From an uncultured Candidatus Saccharibacteria bacterium (lineage in GTDB: Bacteria; Patescibacteriota; Minisyncoccia; Phycocordibacterales; Phycocordibacteraceae), in assembly GCA_964546795.1 (NCBI GenBank), contig CAZJKG010000001.1:61690-125689 (forward strand): a stretch of DNA of 64,000 bases, in the 5' to 3' direction. The translations under genes were made by a program, and so were the position numbers. Below, piece after piece: positions 46,095-55,525 of the stretch. The notes beneath the pieces are model-generated. The model searched no databases and was not told the DNA's origin. It saw nothing but the letters and a program-made list of their open reading frames with translations. Every line of letters starts with the position of its first letter. Position 1 is the first letter of the stretch.

Positions 46095-46322
46095 ATGAAG
46101 CGGCCCGATATAGACAAAGAAAGGAGTGAGAAATCACTTTCTCTTTCGAGCTTCCTAAAGTCCTATAATGAGGGTCTTCCGTTGGCATTTCCACGAGCTT
46201 CCCTGTCACTCCTGCGAGAGTTCAGGAAGGCACACAAAACAATCTTCAAGGGCACCGATTCGTGGTCGCTCGATCAGCACCGAAAGAAAGTGATGGATTG
46301 GCTTCCTTCTCTATCAACCTAA
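46095..46322 (+). CDS. hypothetical protein (75 aa)
   Basis: ORF only, in the gap before mltG. Confidence 0.15.
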   Translation: MKRPDIDKERSEKSLSLSSFLKSYNEGLPLAFPRASLSLLREFRKAHKTIFKGTDSWSLDQHRKKVMDWLPSLST

Positions 46323-46363
46323 TAACTCTCAACGAGAAAACGTATCTTCATTAAGCAAAACAA

Positions 46364-47494
46364 TTGTTTCTTAATGGAGGATTTGCCGTTATACTAGTAG
46401 CGGTAGCAATTATTACATCTGTGGAACTTATACCTCCTTCGTATTCAAGGAATCGTCTCAAACACACAAAAAAAGGTGGGATGCACTACATTTTTACACT
46501 GCTCGGTCGCACGGTGCTGTTCGGAGTTATGTTGGGAGGCATTGTATTTTCGTTTCCCGTGCTGCTTGCTCTGAATATAGAGCGCGAACAGAATCAGAGT
46601 ATTTCTGCGGCACCCGAGCAGTTCCCTATCACGGTTGATCCTGGCAATAAAATCATTGTTGAAAACGCACAAGTGAATACTTTTTTTGAGAACACGTATT
46701 CTCCGCTTCAAGCGGCAGCCGGAAATGTCCAACATATACTGGGGAATGTATTTGAATGGATTGCTCTCTCTATCGCTGCGGCGCCGCAGTATCAAAGCAT
46801 TGCAGCGGTAGATGGTCGCTTTGTTGCTATTGAGCCAGGCATGAGAAAAGAACAAGTGACGAACATTTTTGCGAACACGCTTGCGTGGAATGCCAAGCAG
46901 AAAAAGGAATTTGTAACTGCGGAAACGGACTCGTCGCTTCCGCTTCCTGAAGGTTCATTCGCGCCAGGTGTCTATTCCGTTACAATGGGTGCAACGCCGG
47001 CCATAGTACAAAATCTTGTGAACGAACGCTTTTATAAGGATGTCATCTCCCATTACGGCCCAGAGACGGCTAGTATTGTGCCACTTGATCAAGCGCTCAC
47101 CATTGCTTCGCTTATTGAACGAGAGGCGGGAGGACCTGACGACATGCGCATCATATCTGGCATCATCTGGAATCGACTTTTTATTAGCATGAATCTTCAA
47201 ATAGATGCGACGCTCCAATACGCAAAAGCGAACAGTAGAGCAGGCGGGAGCTGGTGGCCGCGGATAGTGCCTGCGGATAGATTCCGTGCATCGCTCTATA
47301 ACACCTACTTACATCCGGGCCTGCCACCGACTCCCATATCAAATCCATCGGTGGCTTCCATACTAGCCGCCCTCAATCCAAGAAATACTTCATGTCTTTT
47401 CTATTTCCATGATGCGATGGGAGGATTCCATTGCACTCCCACATATGCCGAGCATGTCACACTTCTAAAGAAATATTATGGACGAGGAAAATAA
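46364..47494 (+). CDS. mltG: endolytic murein transglycosylase MltG (YceG family)
   Basis: N-terminal TM and a YceG core (ASLIEREAGGPDDMRIISGIIWNRL..M.LQIDATLQYA ... YNTY.HPGLPPTPISNPS ... FYFH). Confidence 0.8.
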   Translation: MFLNGGFAVILVAVAIITSVELIPPSYSRNRLKHTKKGGMHYIFTLLGRTVLFGVMLGGIVFSFPVLLALNIEREQNQSISAAPEQFPITVDPGNKIIVENAQVNTFFENTYSPLQAAAGNVQHILGNVFEWIALSIAAAPQYQSIAAVDGRFVAIEPGMRKEQVTNIFANTLAWNAKQKKEFVTAETDSSLPLPEGSFAPGVYSVTMGATPAIVQNLVNERFYKDVISHYGPETASIVPLDQALTIASLIEREAGGPDDMRIISGIIWNRLFISMNLQIDATLQYAKANSRAGGSWWPRIVPADRFRASLYNTYLHPGLPPTPISNPSVASILAALNPRNTSCLFYFHDAMGGFHCTPTYAEHVTLLKKYYGRGK

Positions 47495-48116
47495 ATCATC
47501 GGTACTTTGGGTATCTGTTTGGATTGTGTTGTTTCTATGTCTTACTTTCCTCACGATAGAGGTGGTGATATCTCAGAGTTTTATAGTTGCTGCTGATGTG
47601 TGGTTTGAAAATGTGCTGCTTAGCGTTCGTACCCCCTTTCTTATACATGTCTTTGCTTGGATAACTCTTTTGGGGAATGCTTTTGTCGCCATGGGAATAG
47701 CGGGGATTGCTCTGATATTTTTATTGTGGAAGCGCTACAAAGCATACGCAGTAGGACTTGCTATCACACTTATCGGCGCTGCTGCCACAGATTATGTGAT
47801 GAAAGCCATCATAGAACGCGCACGACCGGATGGTCTCATTCCCTCCATGGTTGAAACCTCATTTTCCTTTCCAAGCGGACATGCTACCGCCGCAATGGCT
47901 CTCTATGGTTTTATGGCGTACGTCCTTTGCAATCTTTTCCCTGAGAAAAAAACAGTCCTAGTGACCGCGGCTGTGCTCATCATAGGGAGCATCGGCTTCA
48001 GCAGATTGTATTTGGGTCTGCACTTCCCTAGCGACGTGCTCGCCGGCTACATTCTTGGGGGTCTTTGGCTCCTCATAGGAATCGCAGCGGCAAAAAGAGT
48101 TTCCGACTATCAATAG
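47478..48116 (+). CDS. PAP2 family phosphatase (undecaprenyl-diphosphatase-like)
   Basis: KAIIERARP, PSGH and SRLYLGLHFPSDV motifs, with 5-6 TM helices. Confidence 0.7.
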   Translation: MDEENKSSVLWVSVWIVLFLCLTFLTIEVVISQSFIVAADVWFENVLLSVRTPFLIHVFAWITLLGNAFVAMGIAGIALIFLLWKRYKAYAVGLAITLIGAAATDYVMKAIIERARPDGLIPSMVETSFSFPSGHATAAMALYGFMAYVLCNLFPEKKTVLVTAAVLIIGSIGFSRLYLGLHFPSDVLAGYILGGLWLLIGIAAAKRVSDYQ

Positions 48117-49471
48117 CGATAACCGACCTCCCCATGGACGGCGAGATCGAGCCCTTGTTCTTCTTCGTCCGAACTCACTCGTAGCGGAGATTTGAGCGAA
48201 ACGAGTTTCAGGATGATCCACGTTGCCGCAAAGGAATAGATGCCAACCGCAACCACTGCCACTATCTGCACGAGGAGTTGCTCGGGATTGCCGAACAGAA
48301 GACCGTTGTTACCCGCCGCATTTATCGCTTTCTCCGCAAAGAAACCGGTGAGTATGGCGCCAGTGAGACCTCCGACACCGTGACCCGCCCACACGTCAAG
48401 CGTATCGTCTATGCTGATACGCCGATTTCGTATATGGACAGCCAAGTAGGTGATGGCTCCCCCGAGAATACCGATAGCGATAGCGGCTACTGGCCCAACA
48501 TATCCTGAGGCCGGCGTGATAGCGACAAGGCCGCACACTGCGCCAATAGCAGCGGCCATGGCGGATGGCTTTTTATTTTCGGCCCATGAGAGCGCCACCC
48601 ACGTGAGCGCCGAGGCGGCGGCAGCGGTATTCGTGACCACGAACGCGCTCGCCGCAAGAGCACCCGCGGCAAGCGCGGAGCCGGCATTGAAGCCGAACCA
48701 TCCGAACCACAAGAGCGCCGCGCCCAAAATAACAAAGGGAACATTGTTGGCATTGTTCATGGGGTTCTTCATCTGGAGACGTTTGCCCACGACGAGCGCC
48801 GCCGCAAGTGCCGAAAATCCCGCGGTCATATGCACGACCGTTCCTCCCGCGAAATCCAGCGCACCGAGCGCATGAAGCCATCCGTTTGGAGACCATACCC
48901 AGTGAGCGACCGGGTCATATACAAAAGTCGCCCAGAGCAGAGTAAATATGACGAGTGCTTTAAATTTAATACGCCCGACAAAAGCGCCGATGATGAGTGC
49001 AGGTGTAATTATCGCAAACATCCCCTGGAATATCATGAACACCAATGCAGGAATAGTCGCCGCATAATTTGGATCGGGCGCAAACCCAACCCCCCGTAAT
49101 CCAAAGAGCGAAAGGTCTCCCACGACCCCGCGCACATCCGGACCAAAGGCCATGCTGTAGCCGATGACCACCCACTGCACGGAAATAAGCGCGAGAATTA
49201 TCATTGACTGCTTTATGACGGACACCACGTTCTTAGACGAAACCATGCCGCCGTAGAAGAAACCGACCGCCGGCGTCATGAGCATGACAAGAGCTGTGGA
49301 CGCAAGCATCCACGCAGTATCGCCACTGCTTATGGCGCTTGAAGAAGCGTCTCCCGCCGAGGCACCCGCAAAAAAGGTCGCAAGGTATCCCACACCGCAC
49401 CCGAGTGCTATCCAGAGGGCGGAATGCCAGATGAATTTCTTCCCTTCCTGCGATCTTAGAAATTGTTCCAT
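48110..49471 (-). CDS. amt: ammonium transporter
   Basis: Amt/MEP signature DFAGGTVVHMTAGFSALAAALVVGKR, 11 TM helices. Confidence 0.85.
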   Translation of the reverse strand: MEQFLRSQEGKKFIWHSALWIALGCGVGYLATFFAGASAGDASSSAISSGDTAWMLASTALVMLMTPAVGFFYGGMVSSKNVVSVIKQSMIILALISVQWVVIGYSMAFGPDVRGVVGDLSLFGLRGVGFAPDPNYAATIPALVFMIFQGMFAIITPALIIGAFVGRIKFKALVIFTLLWATFVYDPVAHWVWSPNGWLHALGALDFAGGTVVHMTAGFSALAAALVVGKRLQMKNPMNNANNVPFVILGAALLWFGWFGFNAGSALAAGALAASAFVVTNTAAAASALTWVALSWAENKKPSAMAAAIGAVCGLVAITPASGYVGPVAAIAIGILGGAITYLAVHIRNRRISIDDTLDVWAGHGVGGLTGAILTGFFAEKAINAAGNNGLLFGNPEQLLVQIVAVVAVGIYSFAATWIILKLVSLKSPLRVSSDEEEQGLDLAVHGEVGYRY

Positions 49472-50901
49472 AGGAGTTGATTGGTTACTTCATGATGGTA
49501 AATAATCTCGGAGCCCTTGATGGCCGTCCCGAGGGCCTTGGGCGAACGGTCCGCCGCGGCCTGCTTGTAATGAATGAACTTTTCTTTATTGTCCTCACCC
49601 AGAATCTCGGTCATGAACTTACTGCTTCTACAGAGCGCGATGGCATCGTTAATATTGTCCGGAAGGAAGCGCAGGCGATCTCGTTTATTCCTGTCTTTCT
49701 GTAATTTCTCTCCCTCCAGACCCACGCGCACGATGGTGTAGAGCGCGAGATAGGGATTGGCGTCAGGAGCAACGGAGCGCACTTCAATGCGTGCGGTTTT
49801 CTCATTCCCCACTGGAATCCGTATCATCGAGCCGCGATCTATAGGCGAGACCTTTATCTGATTCGGCGCCTCAAAATGAGGATCAAGCCGCCGGTAGCTG
49901 TTAACCGAAGAATTAATGATGAGACAGAGCTCCGGCGCATGGTTGAGGAGTTTCAGTATGAAGTCCCACGCCAGCTTCGAAAGCCCGTCCTGACCTTTCG
50001 GATCATGGAATATGTTCTTTCCGTTCTTGCCGAGCGAGAAATTAGTATGCATGCCAGAGCCATTGATGCCCATGAATGGCTTCGGTAAGAATGTTGCCGT
50101 CATGCCGAGATTCCGCGCGACCTGGCGGCATATCAGTTTATACAGCTGCACATTGTCGGCCGCCCTCACCACGTCCGAGTAAGAGAAATTCATTTCGAAC
50201 TGCGAAGGAGCGACCTCCGGATGATCTTTTTCATTTTTGAATCCCATGGCGCGCTGCGCTTCCGCTGCGCGATCTATGAAGATGCGCAACTTGTCCATGG
50301 GAAGTGAGTGGAAGTAGCCGCCCGACGATATGAGTTTGAATCCTTCCCCACTGCGATAATTCTGCTCGCTCTGTATGCCGTCCACCAAAAAACCTTCTAT
50401 TTCTGCGGCAGAATAGGCCTCAATGCCTTGCTTTTTCTTCAGGGCCGCCACATACGATTTCAACTGGCCGCGGAAATCAGAATGATAGGGTGTGCGATCC
50501 CTATTAAGCACCGATGCAAAGAAAATCACCTTGCCGGCGCCGAACACGTCAGCCGGAAAATAACGGATGCTTCCCCAGTCAATCTCGAGTCGCAGGTCCG
50601 ACTCGTGCTGGGGCGTGAAGCCGCGAATGGATGAACCGTCGAAGGTGAGATTGGAAAGAGAATTAAGCAAAAATTTCTTGTCATAATCGAGCATGTGAAG
50701 GCGTCCTTCAATATCCGTAAAGCAAAGCGTGACCGCTTTTATCCTTTTTTCTTTTTTCAAATACGCCGTGTATTCTTTCTCGAGCGCCGCCGGCGATACG
50801 GTTTCCGCCCTCTCCTTCGCCTTTACGTTCAGCTCTTCCAGGCGGTCATAGGGGATCTGAAGGAAATTCTTTAAACCATCCATATCTATATCTTTTTCCA
50901 T
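49456..50901 (-). CDS. glnA: glutamine synthetase (type I-like, with N-terminal extension)
   Basis: Beta-grasp plus catalytic domain and the NGSGMHTNFSL motif. Adjacent to amt. Confidence 0.8.
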   Translation of the reverse strand: MEKDIDMDGLKNFLQIPYDRLEELNVKAKERAETVSPAALEKEYTAYLKKEKRIKAVTLCFTDIEGRLHMLDYDKKFLLNSLSNLTFDGSSIRGFTPQHESDLRLEIDWGSIRYFPADVFGAGKVIFFASVLNRDRTPYHSDFRGQLKSYVAALKKKQGIEAYSAAEIEGFLVDGIQSEQNYRSGEGFKLISSGGYFHSLPMDKLRIFIDRAAEAQRAMGFKNEKDHPEVAPSQFEMNFSYSDVVRAADNVQLYKLICRQVARNLGMTATFLPKPFMGINGSGMHTNFSLGKNGKNIFHDPKGQDGLSKLAWDFILKLLNHAPELCLIINSSVNSYRRLDPHFEAPNQIKVSPIDRGSMIRIPVGNEKTARIEVRSVAPDANPYLALYTIVRVGLEGEKLQKDRNKRDRLRFLPDNINDAIALCRSSKFMTEILGEDNKEKFIHYKQAAADRSPKALGTAIKGSEIIYHHEVTNQLLWNNF

Positions 50902-50974
50902 ATTAAATATAATTATTAATTGAATTATATTAAAAGTATATATACTTAGTATAAATATTGTCTATATAATACTT

Positions 50975-51721
50975 GTGGATAACCGTCTTTTAGATATGGT
51001 AAGCTACGGTCATTACATGGATAAAGAAGAGTTGAGAGAACACGAAGCGCTTGCCCGCACGTTGAACGATCCTGCGTTGCGCGCCGCCTATGCCAAACCA
51101 TTTGATGAATATAAAGCGGGATATATCGCCCGCGTGCTCGGAGGTTTCTTGATACGCTCCGGAGGTCTCATATACGGCAGACAACCTTCCTATGCGAAAT
51201 TTAAAGCCATAGAGGTGATAGCGCGCATACCGTATCAGTCCTGGGAAATGGCGGTGTACACGCTCTTGACCGCCTTTTATACCGATGAACAGAAAGCAAT
51301 CGGTCTTGCGAAAACGAGTACTTTCAGCCGCATGGCCCAGGATAACGAGACGATGCATGTGGTCGTCTTGTCCCAGATAGTGTGCCGTCTCAACTGCGAG
51401 GATGTCCTGCGGCACACACTCATTCCCTTCTTCTTTTCCTTCCTGTATTTCTGGACGGTATACGTCCTCTACCTATTCTCGCGACGAGCGGCGTTTGAGC
51501 TCAATTATCTCTTTGAGGCGCATGCGTACGCGCAGTACAGCGAATTTCTGGAGCGCGAGGGCGAGCATCTGAAACAACGTCCCGTTACATCGGATTTCCT
51601 TGCATTCTATGGCCGAGACGTGCGCAGTGAATACGAGCTCTTTGAACTTATCCGTAATGACGAACTCATCCATCGCAACCGTTCCATACGCGAGCTTCAA
51701 GCCAACGCTCTCGTGATATAA
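50975..51721 (+). CDS. alternative oxidase (AOX/PTOX family di-iron carboxylate quinol oxidase)
   Basis: All four iron-ligand helices are present: IEVIARIP (LET.A..P), QDNETMHVVVL (NERMHL), LFEAHAYAQYSEFLE (LEEEA.HSYTEFL) and IRNDELIHRNRS (RADEA.HRDVNH). Hydrophobic membrane-docking helices lie between them. Confidence 0.7.
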   Translation: MDNRLLDMVSYGHYMDKEELREHEALARTLNDPALRAAYAKPFDEYKAGYIARVLGGFLIRSGGLIYGRQPSYAKFKAIEVIARIPYQSWEMAVYTLLTAFYTDEQKAIGLAKTSTFSRMAQDNETMHVVVLSQIVCRLNCEDVLRHTLIPFFFSFLYFWTVYVLYLFSRRAAFELNYLFEAHAYAQYSEFLEREGEHLKQRPVTSDFLAFYGRDVRSEYELFELIRNDELIHRNRSIRELQANALVI

Positions 51722-51728
51722 ATACCGC

Positions 51729-51971
51729 ATGAGCATCATTGTGTATACAAAAACAGGATGTCCTTGGGCCACTGAGGTCATGGCGTATTTGAAATCTCGC
51801 AACATCCCTTTTGAGGAACGCGATATCATCAAAAATCAAGGGTACCGAACAGAAGTTGAAGAAAAGAGCGGGCAAAGCAAAAGCCCTACGCTTGATATTG
51901 ATGGAGTCATCGTGCCAGATGCCGGCGTGGAGGAAGTGGCTGCAGCTCTGGCAAAGTTGCATTTGACATAA
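51729..51971 (+). CDS. glutaredoxin-like thioredoxin-fold protein (single-Cys CPWA site)
   Basis: IIVYTKTGCPWATEVMAYLKSRNIPFEERDI ... PTLDIDGVIV matches the Grx fold. Confidence 0.55.
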   Translation: MSIIVYTKTGCPWATEVMAYLKSRNIPFEERDIIKNQGYRTEVEEKSGQSKSPTLDIDGVIVPDAGVEEVAAALAKLHLT

Positions 51972-52040
51972 ATCCATAAGTAAAGTACCGTTCCAGGAGA
52001 GGTATCGCGGCTTCTGCGACACTCAAGAAAGGAGTGTGCC

Positions 52041-52217
52041 ATGCTTTGGAAGTACTGTGAATGCGGAAAAAAGATATTATTCTTCCGATCCTTTCGGCCT
52101 GGTAAAGGCAGAATGATTTTTTCTAAAAAGAACGGTCATACTCTTTGCGCTCGGTGCTTGAGATCTGAAAACGACTCTATACGAGCGCATGAAATGCAAA
52201 TGATAGATGGACTATAA
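52041..52217 (+). CDS. hypothetical zinc-ribbon peptide (58 aa)
   Basis: AAAGGAG RBS 7 nt upstream. C.C ... C..C arrangement. A strong terminator follows. Confidence 0.3.
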   Translation: MLWKYCECGKKILFFRSFRPGKGRMIFSKKNGHTLCARCLRSENDSIRAHEMQMIDGL

Positions 52218-52252
52218 GCTCACTCCCTCTACGGGAGTGAGCTTAAACTTTT
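52217..52252 (+). terminator. rho-independent terminator
   Basis: AGCTCACTCCC-TCTAC-GGGAGTGAGCT followed by TAAACTTTT. Confidence 0.7.
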
Positions 52253-52271
52253 GATACAAAAACTTCCTTGT

Positions 52272-52940
52272 TCAACGAGATGTAATGAGTTCGTAATCGT
52301 GCGGGAAGAAATATTGGACGATTTTAAATATGCCGTAGGCCATAAAAGGTGCCGCGAATACGTCAATGGAATAGTGAATATGGGCCAACAGCACGGCAAC
52401 GGCAAAGACGAGCGCCATCAATAAGAACACAGCGCGAAGAAATGGCGTCTCCCAGAAAATAAGGGCCATGAGAAACGGTATGCCAGTATGTCCTGAAAAG
52501 AAGAAGCCGGTTTGGAAATTGTAATATAAATAAATAGCGTCAAGAAATCCAGCACCCGGATCTATCTGGCCCGGATAAATACCTATATGAGTGAGGGAGA
52601 TGGATAAGGCCCGAATCGTTATAAAAATTGCCAAGGCCTTGAGGGTAAAGACAAGATATCGCGGCTTTAAAAATACAACGAATATTGTACCGAAGACGAT
52701 ACTCAACAGCGCACCTTCAATGATAATGAAATTCAGGTCGATGATGGGAAGATTGTCCAAAAGAAGGTCTCCGACATGTCTGGTCGTGGGGCTCGTCAGA
52801 AAGGTGAATGCGTAGACGATAGCGAAGTGGTCAAAGATGAAGGAGACGCAAAGCATGAGAAGTGCGCTCACAAGTGAGTGCAATCTCCCGTGCTCGAACA
52901 AATCCATGAATTTGAACGTATCCTCTTGGTGCGTCTCCAT
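52272..52940 (-). CDS. PAP2-superfamily integral membrane protein (sphingomyelin-synthase/AUR1-like C-terminal motifs)
   Basis: FFSGHTG and HYSIDV motifs, 6 TM helices. Confidence 0.5.
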   Translation of the reverse strand: METHQEDTFKFMDLFEHGRLHSLVSALLMLCVSFIFDHFAIVYAFTFLTSPTTRHVGDLLLDNLPIIDLNFIIIEGALLSIVFGTIFVVFLKPRYLVFTLKALAIFITIRALSISLTHIGIYPGQIDPGAGFLDAIYLYYNFQTGFFFSGHTGIPFLMALIFWETPFLRAVFLLMALVFAVAVLLAHIHYSIDVFAAPFMAYGIFKIVQYFFPHDYELITSR

Positions 52941-53126
52941 AGCGAGAGTTGGTGTTCGTCAGTGTATCAGATATAGCATTCTGCTGTATACCTTCGCGTT
53001 TGACAGCGGACCATGCGGTTGCTATTCTATGGGCATCAACCAGCGCTGGATCCAGAGAAGTGGGATCGAGCTTCTATTTTCGGCTACTGATTTGATACAC
53101 ATTAGCCACACAATTATCTCTCTAGT

Positions 53127-53336
53127 ATGAAAGATGGAATAGTCATCAAGAAGAACCTAAAAGGTTTCGGCTTCATCAAGGTGAGCGGCGCGCCGGAAGG
53201 CGCAAAGGATCTTTTCTTCCATTCCAACGAGCTCAGGAACGTTTCGTTCGATGAGCTCCAGGAAGGCGACAAGGTCTCGTTCGAGATCGGGGACAGCCCG
53301 AAAGGTCCGAACGCGCTCAACGTCAGCAAGGTCTAA
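53127..53336 (+). CDS. cspA: cold-shock protein (CspA family)
   Basis: [16 protein letters not shown] and LFFHSNEL (RNP1/RNP2-like). Confidence 0.85.
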   Translation: MKDGIVIKKNLKGFGFIKVSGAPEGAKDLFFHSNELRNVSFDELQEGDKVSFEIGDSPKGPNALNVSKV

Positions 53337-53356
53337 GTAATTAGATTGGTGCAAGA

Positions 53357-53391
53357 AAACGTCCCGCTACACGCGGGACGTTTTCCTTTTT
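53357..53391 (+). terminator. rho-independent terminator
   Basis: AAAACGTCCCGC-TACAC-GCGGGACGTTTT followed by CCTTTTT. Confidence 0.7.
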
Positions 53392-53409
53392 AATATTCCT
53401 GTCGTCTTC

Positions 53410-54153
53410 TTAAACGCTGTCGCGAATATCGGTATAGGTCTCGGTGAGCGGCTTGCCGCGAACAAGAGTATGGAGATAATTTCCAGCATAGCGCAGCCCC
53501 ATGGTGACAATACCCTCGCTCGCAAGCCGCCGACCGGAAGCATACATCGGCAGGCGGAATGTCCATTTCACCTTCCCTACCTTGCTAATGCGGCGTGCTA
53601 CATCGGTATCCTCGCCGTAGAACTCAATGGACGTATCAAAGCCGCCTGCCTGCTCAAGATATGTTCTGCGTACGATGAAATTTCCGCCCTGGAGCATTGC
53701 ACCAATCCGAAAAATATGTTGATTCACGAGATGCGACAGATAACCGGCAACATAAAAAAGACGGGTGAGTGCCCGATGGGACGCGGAGAGGTCGTAATAA
53801 ATGAAAGGACCGCTTAATGCCGCCAAACGCTCGTCCTTTGAAAATTCAGTAAGCACTGTATCGAGCCATCCCTCCGTCAGCATCGTATCGGCGTCTATAT
53901 TCGCGATGAGTTCCCCCGTCGCCGCCATGAGCCCCGCGTGGCGGGCGCGCACAAGCCCTTTTCTCGGCTCGTCTACTACGCGCACCCACTCGTAACTCCG
54001 GGCCACGTCGCCAGTACGATCAGTGCTCGCATTATTGACGACTATCACTTCGGCATCGCAAGGGGTACGAAAAAGCTCGCGCTCAACAGCGGCAAGACAC
54101 GTCGGCAAACGTCGCTCTTCATTGTAGGCCGGAATGACGAAACTGATGCGCAT
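53410..54153 (-). CDS. family 2 glycosyltransferase (polyprenyl-phosphate glycosyltransferase-like)
   Basis: ISFVIPAYNEE, DXD (NIDADT), ~245 aa. Confidence 0.75.
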   Translation of the reverse strand: MRISFVIPAYNEERRLPTCLAAVERELFRTPCDAEVIVVNNASTDRTGDVARSYEWVRVVDEPRKGLVRARHAGLMAATGELIANIDADTMLTEGWLDTVLTEFSKDERLAALSGPFIYYDLSASHRALTRLFYVAGYLSHLVNQHIFRIGAMLQGGNFIVRRTYLEQAGGFDTSIEFYGEDTDVARRISKVGKVKWTFRLPMYASGRRLASEGIVTMGLRYAGNYLHTLVRGKPLTETYTDIRDSV

Positions 54154-54234
54154 AAAACGTAAGTGGATTGTACATAAAAGAAGTGGAGCGCACAAACCCT
54201 GTTTGTGCGCTCCATCTGCTGAAAGAACTTTTGA

Positions 54235-54831
54235 TCATCTGCCGAAAGCGAGCCAGGCAGTCCGTCCGAGGGTCAGCACCGCCGTACCGCCGATGGTGCC
54301 CCAAGTCCCCATGCTCGTAAGCGGCCGTCCCGGATACCAGTCGGGCTGCACCAGGCCGAGCACCACATGGTTCCCGACGACGGTGTGGATGATGAGCAGT
54401 ACCGACACCAACCACATGTACGGCGTGTACTCCGCATCAAGGAAATACAGACCCAGGACCGCGAACGCAGCTGCCATGTACAGGAGATGCATCCAGCCCG
54501 CATCGGTCAAATGTCCGCGCTGCACGTGGGCCTCAATGATCGTCCCTGCTTTGTAGGTCTCGTGCATCACAAAACTTGCGATGAGACCCACAAGGATTGC
54601 TGTCCCGATTTTTCCCCATGACCATCCCGGGCTGTAACGTTCGACGATGAAGGCCAGAATCGGGGAAATGATGAGTACATCGCCCCACATGCCGCCATGA
54701 GCGATAAACGGCAATCCCCGGGACACCTTCCTAAGCATCTGGCTCGGCCAGAAGAACTCGTCGACATACGCGAACAAGGCCTGCAGCATCACTCCTGCCA
54801 CGGAAATGGCCAACACGAGCCAAAAGAGCAT
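54235..54831 (-). CDS. hypothetical polytopic membrane protein
   Basis: 5-6 TM helices, no motif. Confidence 0.4.
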   Translation of the reverse strand: MLFWLVLAISVAGVMLQALFAYVDEFFWPSQMLRKVSRGLPFIAHGGMWGDVLIISPILAFIVERYSPGWSWGKIGTAILVGLIASFVMHETYKAGTIIEAHVQRGHLTDAGWMHLLYMAAAFAVLGLYFLDAEYTPYMWLVSVLLIIHTVVGNHVVLGLVQPDWYPGRPLTSMGTWGTIGGTAVLTLGRTAWLAFGR

Positions 54832-54939
54832 GGGTTACCTCCTTTTCAAAAGGGTTTATATGTCCGGCGGTATTATATACTACAGTTCACTTAATTGTCA
54901 AATCATGCGGTCCGTGATTTACTTTCCTTATTCTTCGCC

Positions 54940-55524
54940 ATGGACTTCCTTCCTTCTCTCATTGGATTTCTGGAACAGTCGAAATACGTTCTTATTTTCG
55001 CTGGTTCATTTCTTGAAGGATCGGCGGTCATGATGACCACGGGGCTCCTGTGGCACATTGGCACGGTTGCATTCTGGCCTGCTTATGCCGCGCTTTTGGC
55101 CGGAGATTTCCTCGCGGATGTCATGTGGTACGTCATCGGCCACTACGGGGCCCGGTCATTTTTCGACCGCTGGGGACACTTCTTCGGCGCGACGCCGGAC
55201 GTGATTGGAAAAGTCGAACGGCGCTTCAATCACTACCACACAAAAATCTTGATCATTTCGAAACTTACCATGGGTCTCGGACTTGCCGTGCCTATCCTAA
55301 TCGTCGCCGGTATGCTACGCGTCCCGTTTATGCGTTATCTCATGATTAATGTGCTCGGCGGTATCGTATGGGTTCTTTTCCTTATGGGCATCGGGTATTA
55401 TTTCGGCGATGTCTTACAGCAGATTCCAAAAGATTTCCAGATCGCCGTGGCGATTGCGGTACCGTTCCTCTTCTTCTTCGGCCTGCGCTGGGTGAACAGG
55501 AAACTGAAAGAAGTCGATTGGTGA
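54940..55524 (+). CDS. DedA/VTT-domain family membrane protein
   Basis: F.E......AG.....G motif, 4-5 TM helices. Confidence 0.7.
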   Translation: MDFLPSLIGFLEQSKYVLIFAGSFLEGSAVMMTTGLLWHIGTVAFWPAYAALLAGDFLADVMWYVIGHYGARSFFDRWGHFFGATPDVIGKVERRFNHYHTKILIISKLTMGLGLAVPILIVAGMLRVPFMRYLMINVLGGIVWVLFLMGIGYYFGDVLQQIPKDFQIAVAIAVPFLFFFGLRWVNRKLKEVDW

Positions 55525-55525
55525 T

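Noticed and set aside
45870-46117. Overlapping 63-aa (+) and 80-aa (-) ORFs upstream of truB
   Set aside because: They are entirely contained in the MITE-like inverted-repeat element. The mirrored ORFs arise from the palindromic sequence.
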